From Takakia lepidozioides (Eukaryota > Plantae > Bryophyta), in contig CM060733.1 in NCBI GenBank assembly GCA_030704615.1, forward strand, positions 35,650,001 through 35,714,000: a DNA stretch of 64,000 nucleotides, read 5' to 3'. The position numbers and the translations under genes are program-made. Numbering within the stretch: position 1 is the stretch's first letter; each line of letters starts with the position of its first letter. The notes beneath the pieces were generated by a model. The model made no database searches and was not told the origin of the DNA. It was given only the letters and a program-made list of their open reading frames with translations. Positions 23,101 to 33,900 of this stretch are shown one piece after another.

Positions 23101-26100
23101 GTCCAAGGAATCTCCTTAGACTTTTAACATTTCCTGGTGGTGGAGAGGCTTTAATGGCCTCTGTCTTTCTGGGATCCACAAGAAGTCCCCTCTTACACAC
23201 AATGTGTCCCAGAAGTACCCTTGAGTTCACACAGAAAGTACACTTCTCTGGATTCAGGCCCAGACCTCTCATCCTACATCTGGCCAAACATAACTCCAAT
23301 TTATGCAAGTGCTCATTCTTAGAGCTGTACACACTGAAATCATCCAAGAACACCTGCATGAAATCATCCAGATACTCATGGAAAGATTCACTTATCACTT
23401 TCTGAAAGGTTGCTGGTGCATTACAAAGTCCAAAAGGCATGACTTTGTATGCATAAGCACCCCAGTCTGTGATGAAAGCTGTCTTTCCCTGGTCTTCTTC
23501 TGCCACTTGCACTTGGTTATATCCACTGAAGCCATCCATGAATGAGTACATCTCATGGCCTGCCACAGTGTCCAGTACCGCTTCTGTGAATGGCAAAGGG
23601 AAGGGATCTTTCTTTGTACAAACATTCAACTTCTTATAGTTCACACAGACTCTCAGTTTACCATTCTTTTTGGGAACTATCACAATGGGTGACAACCAAG
23701 TTGTATACTCTATCGGGTATATAAACTTAGCCTCAGCCAACTTCTTGATCTCTTCCCCAACCTTCTGTGCATAGTTGGGATTCATTCTGTACCTTGCCTG
23801 TTTGATTGGTACTGACACTGGTTCCAGTTCAATCTTATGCTGACAGATCTCAGGTGGTATCCTTTTCAGATCCTCATAGCTCCAAGCAAATACATCTCTG
23901 TATTTGATGAACAGACTCTTAGCTTCCTCAAAGAATTTTGGCTCCAAATCAGCCCCTACTTTCACCATTCTCGGTTCCTTCTCAGTTCCCACATTCACTT
24001 CTCTCATTTGCTCATCAGCTGTGATTGTCCAACCGGTCACTACTTCATCCTGTAAACTTACAGTGGCTGGTTCTTCTAGGATTTCCATTTCCCCCTCTCT
24101 TTCTTCATAGAAATGTGGTGGGTAACTGCTTGTTTCACCCTCAATTGGTGTTGCTGTCACTACACCACATCAGATACCTTTTAAACAACTTAGGCCCTCC
24201 AGTTGCATTTCTGCAACCTGCTCCCACTTTGGGTGTGCAGCAAACAGGGTAGCTTCCTGCTCCTCATCAAGTCCTCTCCTCCAATCATACTCTCTGACTC
24301 CCCGAGGTCTTCTCGTAGCAGGTAGTCTACTAGATTTCTTTGTGGTGATTTGTATCTTGTGCTTCCCATCATGCACAGTTAGTAACTGGGAATTCCAGTC
24401 ATGGAATACCCTGGCCTGTTTCAGCCATGGTCGACCCAGCAATAAGGAGTAAGCTTCCATGACATCATCCATTTTCAACACAGTCATTGTGATCTTAAAG
24501 ATCATCTTTTGAATCTGTATCTTAACTCCTCTTATCAAACCCAATGGCTGAACACTTCTTTGATCTGCCATTGTTACTGTGAATGGGGCTGGTTTCATGT
24601 TACTTAAACCAAGCTTCTGCCTTAATTGGTCTGTTATGATATTCACTCCAGAGCCTCCATCTATCAGTACATCAGTCAAGTCTGTGCTTCCAATTCTCAA
24701 TTGGATTACTGGCATAGAATCATCAAAGTCCATGACTGTTTCTTGCCTTTCTGGCTTCACAATATAGCTTGTCACTTTGCTGTTCAGGTCTGTGTTCCCT
24801 GTCACATGAGCAATCTGATTAATTGCTTGATACAGTTTGTGCCTACAATGAGGTGCCACAGCCAATAGCTGTCCAATGGTAATCTCCGCTTTGGACTGGC
24901 ATATTACTTCAGCCAAAGTCCCTTCATTACCCTGCACTTGTACAGCTTCTTTCTTCACTTCATCCTCACTTACTTCATCTTCACTTTCAGAATCAGTGGA
25001 ATCTGCCATAGGGACATCAGTACTCTTCTGCATTTCCCTTATGGTATCAGCCACTTCCTTGTGCAGTTCCTTCTGATCTCTCCAAGCCTCATCATCTTCA
25101 GGCACATCACTACCATCTTCATTATCATCATCTTCCTCATCTACTGGAGGTATTATTTTAGCTTTGCTTCTGGTTACTATCATTGTACTTACTTCTGGTA
25201 CAACACATGGCCTAACCATGTGAGCTGCCACCACTGGGCCCTCATTCACATGAGCTCTCATCTCATTCTGGTGTCTGATCCAGAATGGACAGGCTGCTTT
25301 GCGATGTCCTGCCTGATTACAATAGTAACACAGTTCTTCACCATTGGGTCCTCGTCCTTGATCTGCTCTGGGATTATTTCTATAATCCTGATTCCCTGGC
25401 TGGTAATTCCCCCTTGGATTACCCTGATAGTTGCCCCTGGGATTGCCTTGGTAATTCCCTCTTGGATTACCTCTGCCTTCCATACCATTGTTATAACCAC
25501 CAGGCCTACCATAGTGGTCCCGATCACTGTTTCTTCTTGGCTGGGGCTGCACTTGATGCACCCTTACTTGTCTAGGTTCTCTTGCAGCTGTCCTTCTGTT
25601 GTAATAACAATTCTCAATAGAATGGTTATCCATTTTACAGATAGTACAGTGTTTCTCCTTCATGTGGCATTCAGCTGTGGTATGGCCTTCATTCTGGCAT
25701 TTTGCACACCAAACACCCTTCCTCCAATGCGTTGTAGCCTCTGTGGCATACTTCTTTAAGATTTATTCTAATCTTCTCTCATAGTTATCCCTCTTCAACT
25801 TTTCCTTCTTCCTACTCTTCCTCTTGAGCTCTTGCTCTTCTTCCTCATCTGACTCATCCTCAGAGTCCTCATCATCCATTTTCTCTCTCCTGAGCATTCC
25901 CAATTGCTCAATTCTGTTAGCTGTTTCAAATGCTTCCTCCACCGTATTATGGGGTAGCATATCCACCTTCTTTTGCAACTCTGGTCTTAGTCCACTCACA
26001 AACCAAGTCTTCTGTAATCCTGGTGCTGGTACAGCAGCCAACTTTTTCATCATCAATTCCATCTTTTCCATGTACTCTTCAACAGTTTCATGCTTCTTTT

Positions 26101-26936
26101 GCTTTAACTGTTGTAAACTTCCATACACTTCATCCTCAGTTTTACTTGTCCTGAACCTATTTTGGAATGCTGTACTTAAGCCATTCCAGGTTAGGAAATG
26201 ATTATCTGGAAATCTTGCATACCATTCACTTGCTTTCTTGATAAGTGAACAAGAAAACAGTCACATCTTGGCATCATCGCCATTCTCATTGTTCACAATA
26301 CACATGTGCTCAAATTGGCTAATGTGTACATCAGGATCCATTTTTCCTGAATATATTGGAAAAGGTGATTTTGCCCGTGTTGGTTGTAACGCCATCTGTG
26401 GCCCTACTCCCTGCCCACTGACAGGTGCTGGCCCCCCGGCTCGTGCTGGTCCTTGAGGACCTGTTGTAGTTGTGGTGGAGCTTCCACCAAGTGCTGGCCC
26501 CTGAGCACTCCCTGCTACTGGCCCCACTATATTCACAGTATTCCCAGCTCCAGTTGCACTACTTCCCACACTCCCTGTCCCCCCAGAGCCAGATCCAGGC
26601 TGCCCGCCTGATCCCCCTGAGCCGACACCTTCGTTGGCCTGTGATCCAAGTGCTGCACTTGATCCAGGTCCAACAGGTTGGGATGTCCTGGTTGTAGTCT
26701 CAACCTCAACTGTTGGGTCTACTTCTTCATACTCTTCATCTTCCAATTTCTTCTCTCTATTTTCATCTTCCAAGTTCTGCCCTTGGGTTTCTTCTTCTTC
26801 ACTCATGTAACTCAACTGAAGTGGTGTGGGAGAGTCTGAACTCTCCGTTGGCTCTGCCACATCCTCACCTCCTTCTTCGTCTTCCGTTACAGAAACTGGA
26901 GTTCCTGCTTTTGGTGTTCCATGCCAACTCTTATCA
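20163..26936 (-). pseudogene. Element C gag-pol (gag, CCHC knuckles, PR, RT, RNase H, integrase, long C-terminal extension), with premature stops
   Basis: YSGKMDPDVHI, CTICKMDNHSIENC, CYYCNQAGHRKAAC, VLIDGGSGVN, FMDGFSGYNQV..FLDDF, HCDASGEALGAVL, KWGLDFVGP..SDQGSHF, WK*PYVI. Confidence 0.92.
20935..21080 (-). repeat. ~30-bp coding tandem repeat (AYHSPSQYHT-like, ~5 copies)
   Basis: Repeated GGCTGTG/ACTGTGATGG units on +. Confidence 0.75.
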
Positions 26937-27612
26937 AGCTACTCACTTTGATGCGCGCACCTAACTCCCAACCTGGCCGCCGGGCCAACTTGGTGTTTCG
27001 GCCGCTCACCGGGTCATAACGGTCCCCCTTTACTCTTCCAAAAGACCCTCCACCTATTTGGGCCTAGTGGAAATTCCCTTTGGTAGATGGCAGTCCGGAA
27101 TAGCTCCCCACTCCTTGGTCGCTTTCCAGCTCGCTCGCTTACTCACTAGTTTTGGTCACCAACGGGCTTGCACAGTTCTCGAGGTTATTACTCCCTATAT
27201 ATACTTCTGTGATTGTCCACGGGGGTTTTACAAACAACCATGTCATCTATGGCGAACCACCACGAAGACCCTCGATTCACGGTGAGTCTTGGCCCACCCA
27301 CCACAGCCCCATTGGACCGTGATGAGTCCCAAGACTCCCCACGATTCCCACCACAAGGTCTCCGCCCCATGGTGAATCATATGCCACCCCCACTAAGTTC
27401 AGTTAAGCTACCACCACCCCTTGTGGAGCCACCCCCACCGCAACCCAGTGTGCGGGGCTCCACCTAGTGAGCGCCTCCGCCTCCTTGAGTGCCTTGGGCA
27501 CTCAAGGGTGCTTCAGCCCCCCGGACCTATCGCTGCCACTGCCCCCACCACAGGGGCAGCCCCTCCTGCGTCCCGACTCCCTGCCCTCAAGGCAAAGGGC
27601 CGCGACATCAAT

Positions 27613-28460
27613 GGCTTGAATCTGACAACATCAATCTGCATATGATCACTACCGGATGTCTGATGGATCGTTGTGTTTGGTGCCATAGTAGCAGCGGCAT
27701 GATGCGTTGTCGATCATCCATATCGTTTCTCTTGACGTCTTTCAAACAAACGATTATTGCATGCAATGACTTGGGTGATGAATTCGCTCAGTGTGCTCAT
27801 ATTTGGCATTGTCAGCAACAAGTCTTTTACATCCTCCTTTAGCCCACATCGAAACTAACTAATGAGATTTTTCTCATTCCAGTCAAGGTCGCACGCAAGT
27901 TGTCAAAATTCGGCAGCATAAACGGAAGCAAGACGTGCTCCTTGTCGAAGATTTCGCATTTTTGTCTCTGCAACTCTCTTCCTATCATTTTCTCCAAACG
28001 TTTGCAGTAAACTCGGACATGAATGCTTCAAAATGGTATAGTAAATGCGAATTTTTTTCTAATAGCGGTGCAAATTAAAATAGGGCAGTGCCTGATCCAG
28101 GGGTGCCCACGAATCCTACTTGAATACCTTCATCGGGGTAGCGTTGTGGATGTAGTCGTAGGAACAGTCGTATTTGTTGAACTAAACCGCGAAATCTTGA
28201 TTTTGTCCCATCAAATTTCTCGGGCATGTTGATCTTTGGTTCTCTCGTAATCTGTTAAAGAGAAACCGTTGCAGTAGGAGCTGTTGCAGTAGGGACTCGT
28301 ATGGTTGAAGATCCATTGTTCGACTCCTCTAACTCTGAAATTTGTTGTTGCAAATTGTGGAGAGCGTTGCCAAGATCTTGAGACTGATCAGCTTGTAATT
28401 AGGCGGTAGAGGTACGAAGTTTTTGCATGTGGAGCTGAAGACTCTGCAATGTAGCACAAA
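27613..28460 (-). pseudogene. A2 gag, 5' part
   Basis: Reverse complement of A1 ~180-1045. Confidence 0.9.
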
Positions 28461-28510
28461 TGTGCCTTCCATCTTAACTAACTAAGGAATAAACTTTAGT
28501 CTCGTCAAAC

Positions 28511-29156
28511 TGTCAAGAACGAGAGCATGACTGAACACAAACAAGATATCAGACTAGAGGTACAAGATTAGATAAGAAGTCAAGGTCGGTGTGGCCGAAT
28601 GCATGATGGATATGAATCAAGATGATTTTTATAACAATGGACAAGAGTACAAAATACTAGAACTTGATTTGGATACTGGAATGTTGGAAACTAGACTGGA
28701 GTACTAGATACTGGAAACTGGACTAGAGTATTGGAAGCTGGACTGGAGTACTGGGACTAGAATCAATAGTAGTTTGAAGTTTTGTTGGTGAGACTAAAGA
28801 GTGTCCAGTCTCGCCTCCTATATATACTGGCTACTAAGAAGCTTCCCTGAGAAGTTTCCACTATGGAGGTTTCTTGATGGAGAAGTTTTCAAGATTAAAC
28901 AAAGGTTTCTTGATGGATAAGCTTCCTTAAACAAAGGAGGTATCTTGATGGAGAAGTTTCCTCCAAAAGAAGCTTCATGAGCAGTTTCTCAAGTTACTCT
29001 TGGTAATTTGATAAACTCCAGATAATTTGGTAAGTAATGATAAATCATGGTAGATCGTGGTAAATCACGGTAAGTCGTGATAACTTCCGGTAACACGGTA
29101 ACTTGATAACTTCTGATATTTACTCCTGGAAGTTCTTCTGGGCTATGTCCGTGACA
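28511..29156 (-). repeat. 5' LTR of A2
   Basis: Matches 3165-3809; TATATATA at ~28819-28826; PBS adjacent. Confidence 0.92.
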
Positions 29157-29161
29157 TGATG

Positions 29162-29650
29162 CAGCTTTTGACCAACAGAAATCCATCATCTTGAAACCAA
29201 CAAATCTCCAATTAAATATGTTATCCATGTCCACCTATGACGATACAGAGATCATAAAGGAGATTCAGGAAGCACTGAGGAGCGACCAATTTGCTACGAC
29301 ACTACGAAGTCAACTAAATCGACCTCGAGACAACCCACATGTTACAAACGACTTCAAATTCAAAGATGGCTTACTTTATTTCAAGGGACTTCTCTATGTA
29401 CCTCCAGGACCTACACGACTTCACATTCTTCAAACATGTCATGATCTTTCGGCTGTTGGACATTTCGGCTTCAACAAAACAATGGAATTGATATCCAGGG
29501 CCTATTGGTGGCCGCAGATGTGGAAACTCGTGAAAGAATTTATAAAATCTTGTGACACGTGTGCTAGAGCGAATGGACCATGACATCGACCTTTCGACCT
29601 TCTTCAACCATTACCCATTCCCAAGGGCCCATAGTCGTCCGTGTCTATGG
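29162..29650 (+). pseudogene. A1 pol continuation (integrase HHCC region), truncated
   Basis: CHDLSAVGHFG..YWWPQM..CDTC; homology to A2 stops at 29650. Confidence 0.88.
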
Positions 29651-30012
29651 GCCGACGCTCTCGAGACGATGGGCCACCACTGGGACGGGTACTTCCTCGT
29701 CTGGACCCCGTACAACAGCAAATGGAGCCTACTCGAAATCTGATAATTTTGTTGGAGGTTGAGGCTTCGGACCCAGATAGCAACAAAATCATGTTTGAAG
29801 ACAGCTTCGAAAATCAGAATGCTCAAATCACTGCGTGGTCCCAAGTTCATGGAATTGGACACTATCGATGGTTACAGGGACCTATAAATCATTTGAGTCA
29901 ATAATGAAGAGCCGAATACTTGGCAAATACCATTCGCCGGATTTCTCCAACTCTAAGCAAGTCCCAAGATTTTACCGCTCCTCGAGGAACTCGGCGCTAG
30001 ATGAGGGGGTGA

Positions 30013-30633
30013 TGTCATGGACATAGCCCAGATGAACTTATCAGAAATAAATACCAGAAGTTACCAAGTTACCAAGTTACCAAGTTACCGAAAGTTACCA
30101 TGATTTTACCGTGATTTACCATGATCTATCATTACTTACCATGTTACCAGGCGTTTACCAAATTACTAAGAGTAACTTGGGAAACTGCTCAGGAAGCTTC
30201 ATTTGGAGGAAACTTCTCCATCAATATACCTCTTTTGTATAAGGAAGCTTCTCCATCAAGAAACCTCCATATGTGAAGCTTCTTAGGAGACTTCTTATGA
30301 TCTTAGTAGTCAGTATATATAGGAGGCGAGACTGGACACTCTTTAGTCTCGCCAACACAAGTTCAAGCTACTCTTGTTTCCAGTCCCAGTACTCCAGTCC
30401 AGCTTCCAGTACTCTAGTCCAGTTTCCAGTATCTGGTATCCCAGTTCAATTTCCAGCATTTCAGTATTCGAGTCGAGTTCTAGTATCTTATACTATTCTC
30501 CATTGTTATAAAGATCGTCTTGATTCATATTTACTCATCGTGCATATGGCCACGCCAACCTTGACTTCTTGTCTAGTCTTGTACCTCTAGTCTAATCTCT
30601 TGTTTGTGTTCAGTCATGTTCTTGTCCTTGACA
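30013..30633 (+). repeat. 3' LTR of A1
   Basis: Begins TGTCA after the PPT, ends TGACA; TATA at 30314-30321. Confidence 0.92.
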
Positions 30634-31167
30634 GCTAATTCTTTTTGGAGCCCCACAATCGCTGATTCCATAGGCGGGACGACAGTCCTTGTATCTCGAC
30701 CCACTTTGGGTCCATCCATTCTCTAGGTTGATGTCTGGGTCCAGGGCAGCATTCAATGTCTAGTTCTCTCTGCTGCCAATCACATTGGAAAAGTGGGTCT
30801 GCTTAACATCTATGCCCCAAACTTGACATGCGAAAGGATTGAGCTTTGGACCTCATTAGGCTCAAACTTCTTGGTCATAGAGATATCCACCACTGGATCA
30901 TGGGTGGAGACTTTAACATGGTTGAAAATGTCAAAGACCGTTATGGACCCAGCTCTAATAACAGTATTTCCGAGCACGAAAGAAATACATGGGATTCTTT
31001 ATGTGTGTATGTCTGTAGGATTGATTGATGTTGCGTATCCAAAGCCTAGGGAGTTGTATTATACTTGGTCTAATAATAGGGACCCACCAGACATGGATCT
31101 TGCCCGTCTTGATAGATATTACTGCTCCATGGCTCTGCTAAGTTGGGCTAACGTTTGTCCCCATTGA
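30634..31167 (+). pseudogene. LINE (L1/Tx1-like) ORF2 AP-endonuclease fragment
   Basis: LLNIYAPN, WIMGGDFNMVE, YTWSNNR..ARLDRYY across frames. Confidence 0.85.
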
Positions 31168-31254
31168 TCCGATTCTCCTTGGGTTCGACCAATAGGACCA
31201 GGTAAGGGAGAGGGCATAGAAGCCATTGCAATGTAATTGTGTTTGCTTTAAAAA

Positions 31255-31694
31255 ATTGGCTTCAAATCATGTTTGCATTGATTTCCAAGCCTCATCAAAA
31301 GAAACTTTGGGCCAGAGAAAAAAAAACAAAAAAACAAATGGGCTTCGAATCATGCTTTCTGGAGGCTTCCTCGAAAGGAACGTTGACGCAAAGCCTGATT
31401 TCCAGGCTTCCTCGAAGGAAACTTTGGAGAAAACATTTTTTTAAAAATCGAATCATGTTTGCGTTGACGCAAGCCTAATTTCTAGGCTCCCTCGAAATGA
31501 ACTTTGGGGGAAAAAAAACAATAAAAACAAAAACAAAAACAAAAACTTTGAATCATGCTTGCGTTGACGCAAGCCTGATTTCTAGGCTTCCTCGAATGGA
31601 ACTTTTGGGGGGAAAAAAAAAAAAAAAAAACTGGCTTCGAATCATGCTTACGTTGACGCAAGCATGATTTCCAGGCCTCATTGAAGGGAACTTT

Positions 31695-31700
<6 letters not shown>
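31255..31700. repeat. Tandem repeat, 5-6 units of ~60-85 bp with A-tract spacers
   Basis: GAATCATG(T/C)TTGCGTTGACGCAAGCCTGATTTCCAGGCTTCCTCGAA.GGAACTTTG repeated. Confidence 0.85.
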
Positions 31701-31727
<27 letters not shown>

Positions 31728-33164
31728 ACCTTTGTAAGTAGTGCTGGCTGGGAATATAAGCTGCTGCTGCTGCTGCTACATTATGCAAGGATTGATTGCC
31801 TAATACCAACCAACCAGAGAACCAGACTATCTCAAGCTAATGCATAACCGTAAAGCCTTTATTTCCCCCAAAATGACGACACAAGAAAAAAAACCCTTCT
31901 TCCTAACTCGCCACCTGCTAAGTAGTCTCCTAGCTCTAACTAGTTCATCAAAGGATCGCCGCCCTTGGCAGCTGCCCTCCGACCGTCTCCATGTATTGCC
32001 CACTGCTGCAAGCCTTCATCTCTGACAATATCAACGAGATACAGCTACTGAGCTCTAATTACATACTGCCAAGCATAAAGAAAACGTCGCAATAGCACTG
32101 CAATACCCTACCCACACCAGTTCGAGCTATAAACTTAAGCTCGCAGAGTGAAAAGCTTCTGGCAAGCTGAAGCTTGGCTCGCGCCCTGCCTATAGATTCA
32201 TAGACTAGCTATCGCGATGGGCGGAACTCGGCTGCCTCTGCAGTCATCCATCCATACAAAACATCCACGGGAGTCATCCATTGTCATAGCCCTCGCGGAT
32301 CATCCATAACCTGCATCCACGAGAGATCTCCACGGTAGTTCATCCACAGTGAAGATCCCCAGAGTTCATCCTTGGGTAACAACAAGGACTTCATCCTTAT
32401 AAAATAATAAAAATCCAAGTTGTGTTGGAAGTTTATGTCGCGGCCCTTTGCCTTGACGGCAGGGGGGTCGGGACGCAGGAGGGGTTGCCCCTGTGGCGGG
32501 GGCAGTGGCAGCGATAGGTACGGGGGGCTGAAGCACCCTTGAGTGCCCAAGGAACTCAAGAAGGCGGAGGCGCTCACTAGGTGGAACCCCGCACACCGGG
32601 TTGCGGTGGGGGTGGCTCCACAAAGGGTGGTGGTAACTTAGCGGGTCTTAGTGGGGGTGGCATAGGACTCACCATGGGGCGGCGACCTCGTGGTGGGAGT
32701 CGTGGGGAGTCTTGGAACTCATCACGGTCCAATGGGGCCGTGGTGGGTGGGCCAAGACTCACCGCGACTCATCACCGAGAGTCGAGGGTCTTCGTGGTGG
32801 TTCGCCATAAAATGGCATGGTTGTTTGTGAAACCCCCGTGGACAATCACAGAAGTATATATAGGGAGTAGTAACCCCGAGAACGGTGCAAGCCCGTTGGT
32901 GATCAAAAACTATTGAGTAAGTGAGCGAGCCGGAAAGCGACCAAGGAGTGGGGAGCTATTCTGGACTGCCATCTACCAAAGGGAATTTCCACTAAGCCCA
33001 AATAGGTGGAGGGTCTTTTGGAAGAGTAAAGGGGGACCGTTATGTCTTGGTGAGCAGCCGAAGCTCCAAGTTGACCCGGTGGCCAGGTTGGGAGTTAGGC
33101 GCGCGCATCAAAGCGAGTAACTATGACTTGAAGGGGAGCTTACCGAAGTGAGGTGCGCGACACT

Positions 33165-33176
33165 TGGTATCAGAGC
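33165..33176 (+). promoter_or_regulatory. tRNA-iMet primer-binding site
   Basis: TGGTATCAGAGC 2 nt after the LTR. Confidence 0.92.
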
Positions 33177-33217
33177 TTAGAGTTCAGTACGCAATCGTCC
33201 TTGGGATTGGCCTCATC

Positions 33218-33900
33218 ATGGGGTCGGGCAAGCCAAAGCGAAAGCGGAACGGCCCAAAAGATGATGATCCTGGTGAGCTCGATGGGGGCGACGTGTCACC
33301 GAAGTGGCCATTTGAGGAAGCGATGCATGCTTTTGAAAACGAGGCCGCTCAAGAATGGGAGAAATCTGAGGAGTCGGAGCCCGAGGAATTCCTGAGAGCT
33401 CCGACAAACCAACAGATGCCTCCTATGCCGGCAGCCTTTTGGGAAGGGTTGTTGGCGCAATTTGGCGGGACGTTGAAAGACATGTTGAAGGCGGTTAATG
33501 TCACTTCCACTAAGGCAAAGTTTAAGGTGAAGCCTAAGGAACCCAAAATCGGAAGGCACTCAACACCTGGCTGTTGGAGCTAGAGCAGTACTTTCGGGCG
33601 GCCAAGTTGAGTGACGAGGATCGGGTGGAAGTGGCTCCCACCTATTTGAGGGGCTATGCTCAACAATGGTGGCAGAAACGCCTTCACGACCGAGGTCCAA
33701 ACCCGGAAACCTTGAACTGGAGTGGGTTCAAGGAATTGATGAAGAGACAGTTTGTGCCCCTCAACGCGTCCTAGTTCGCCCAGGACAAGATGAGGAATTT
33801 GAAGCAAACGGATGACATTCAGGGATATGTTCAGGCTTTCAATGTGCTGTTGCTCGAAATCACGGACATGGTAGAGCCAGAAATGGTCCCATGGGCCAGG
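33218..33900 (+). pseudogene. Truncated gag (retrotransposon gag domain)
   Basis: LELEQYFRAAKL..YLRGYAQQWW..WSGFKELMKRQF..NLKQTDDIQGYVQAF, with frameshift and stop. Confidence 0.85.

Larger units (their letters stand above)
7508..26936 (-). mobile_element. LTR-less internal fragment of a non-chromovirus Ty3/gypsy element (C; Athila/Tat-like), interrupted by the DNA transposon at 8362-20154
   Basis: gag-pol 26936-21329; reading frame runs up to the junction with no ATG, PBS or own LTR; 3' ORF truncated near 7510. Confidence 0.82.
7478..27607 (-). mobile_element. Family-B solo LTR split into 26937-27607 (main part) and 7478-7507 (last 30 bp) by a 19.4-kb insert
   Basis: Perfect 5-bp TSD TCAAT at 7473-7477 and 27608-27612; termini TGTCGCG/CGCGACA; both pieces match the intact LTRs at 32436-33162 and 34698-35424; A2 gag is contiguous once removed. 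Confidence 0.88.
3165..29156 (-). mobile_element. Chromovirus copy A2, same family as A1, inserted into A1 pol in opposite orientation
   Basis: LTRs 3165-3809 and 28511-29156 with TG..CA ends; flanks GGATG (3160-3164) and TGATG (29157-29161); PPT beside 3810; PBS at ~28494-28510. Confidence 0.93.
1..30633 (+). mobile_element. Ty3/gypsy chromovirus-type LTR retrotransposon, copy A1 (degenerate, 5' LTR cut by window edge, interrupted by A2 at 3165-29156)
   Basis: LTR end ...TGACA at 135; gag-PR-RT-RNaseH relics to 3164 resume at ~29162 (CAGCTTTTGACCAACAG, collinear with copy A2); PPT GAGGGGGTGA then 3' LTR 30013-30633 whose end matches 1-135. Confidence 0.92.

Noticed and set aside
24938-25759. 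273-aa hydrophobic + strand ORF
   Set aside because: Antisense shadow of purine-rich gag
31697-31726. Poly-G run as a G-quadruplex element
   Set aside because: Homopolymer expansion of the G tract in the adjacent repeat unit; length unreliable
31730-32430. CATCC-rich segment continuing after 35425
   Set aside because: Probably part of another repeat, but no termini or coding signal could be established
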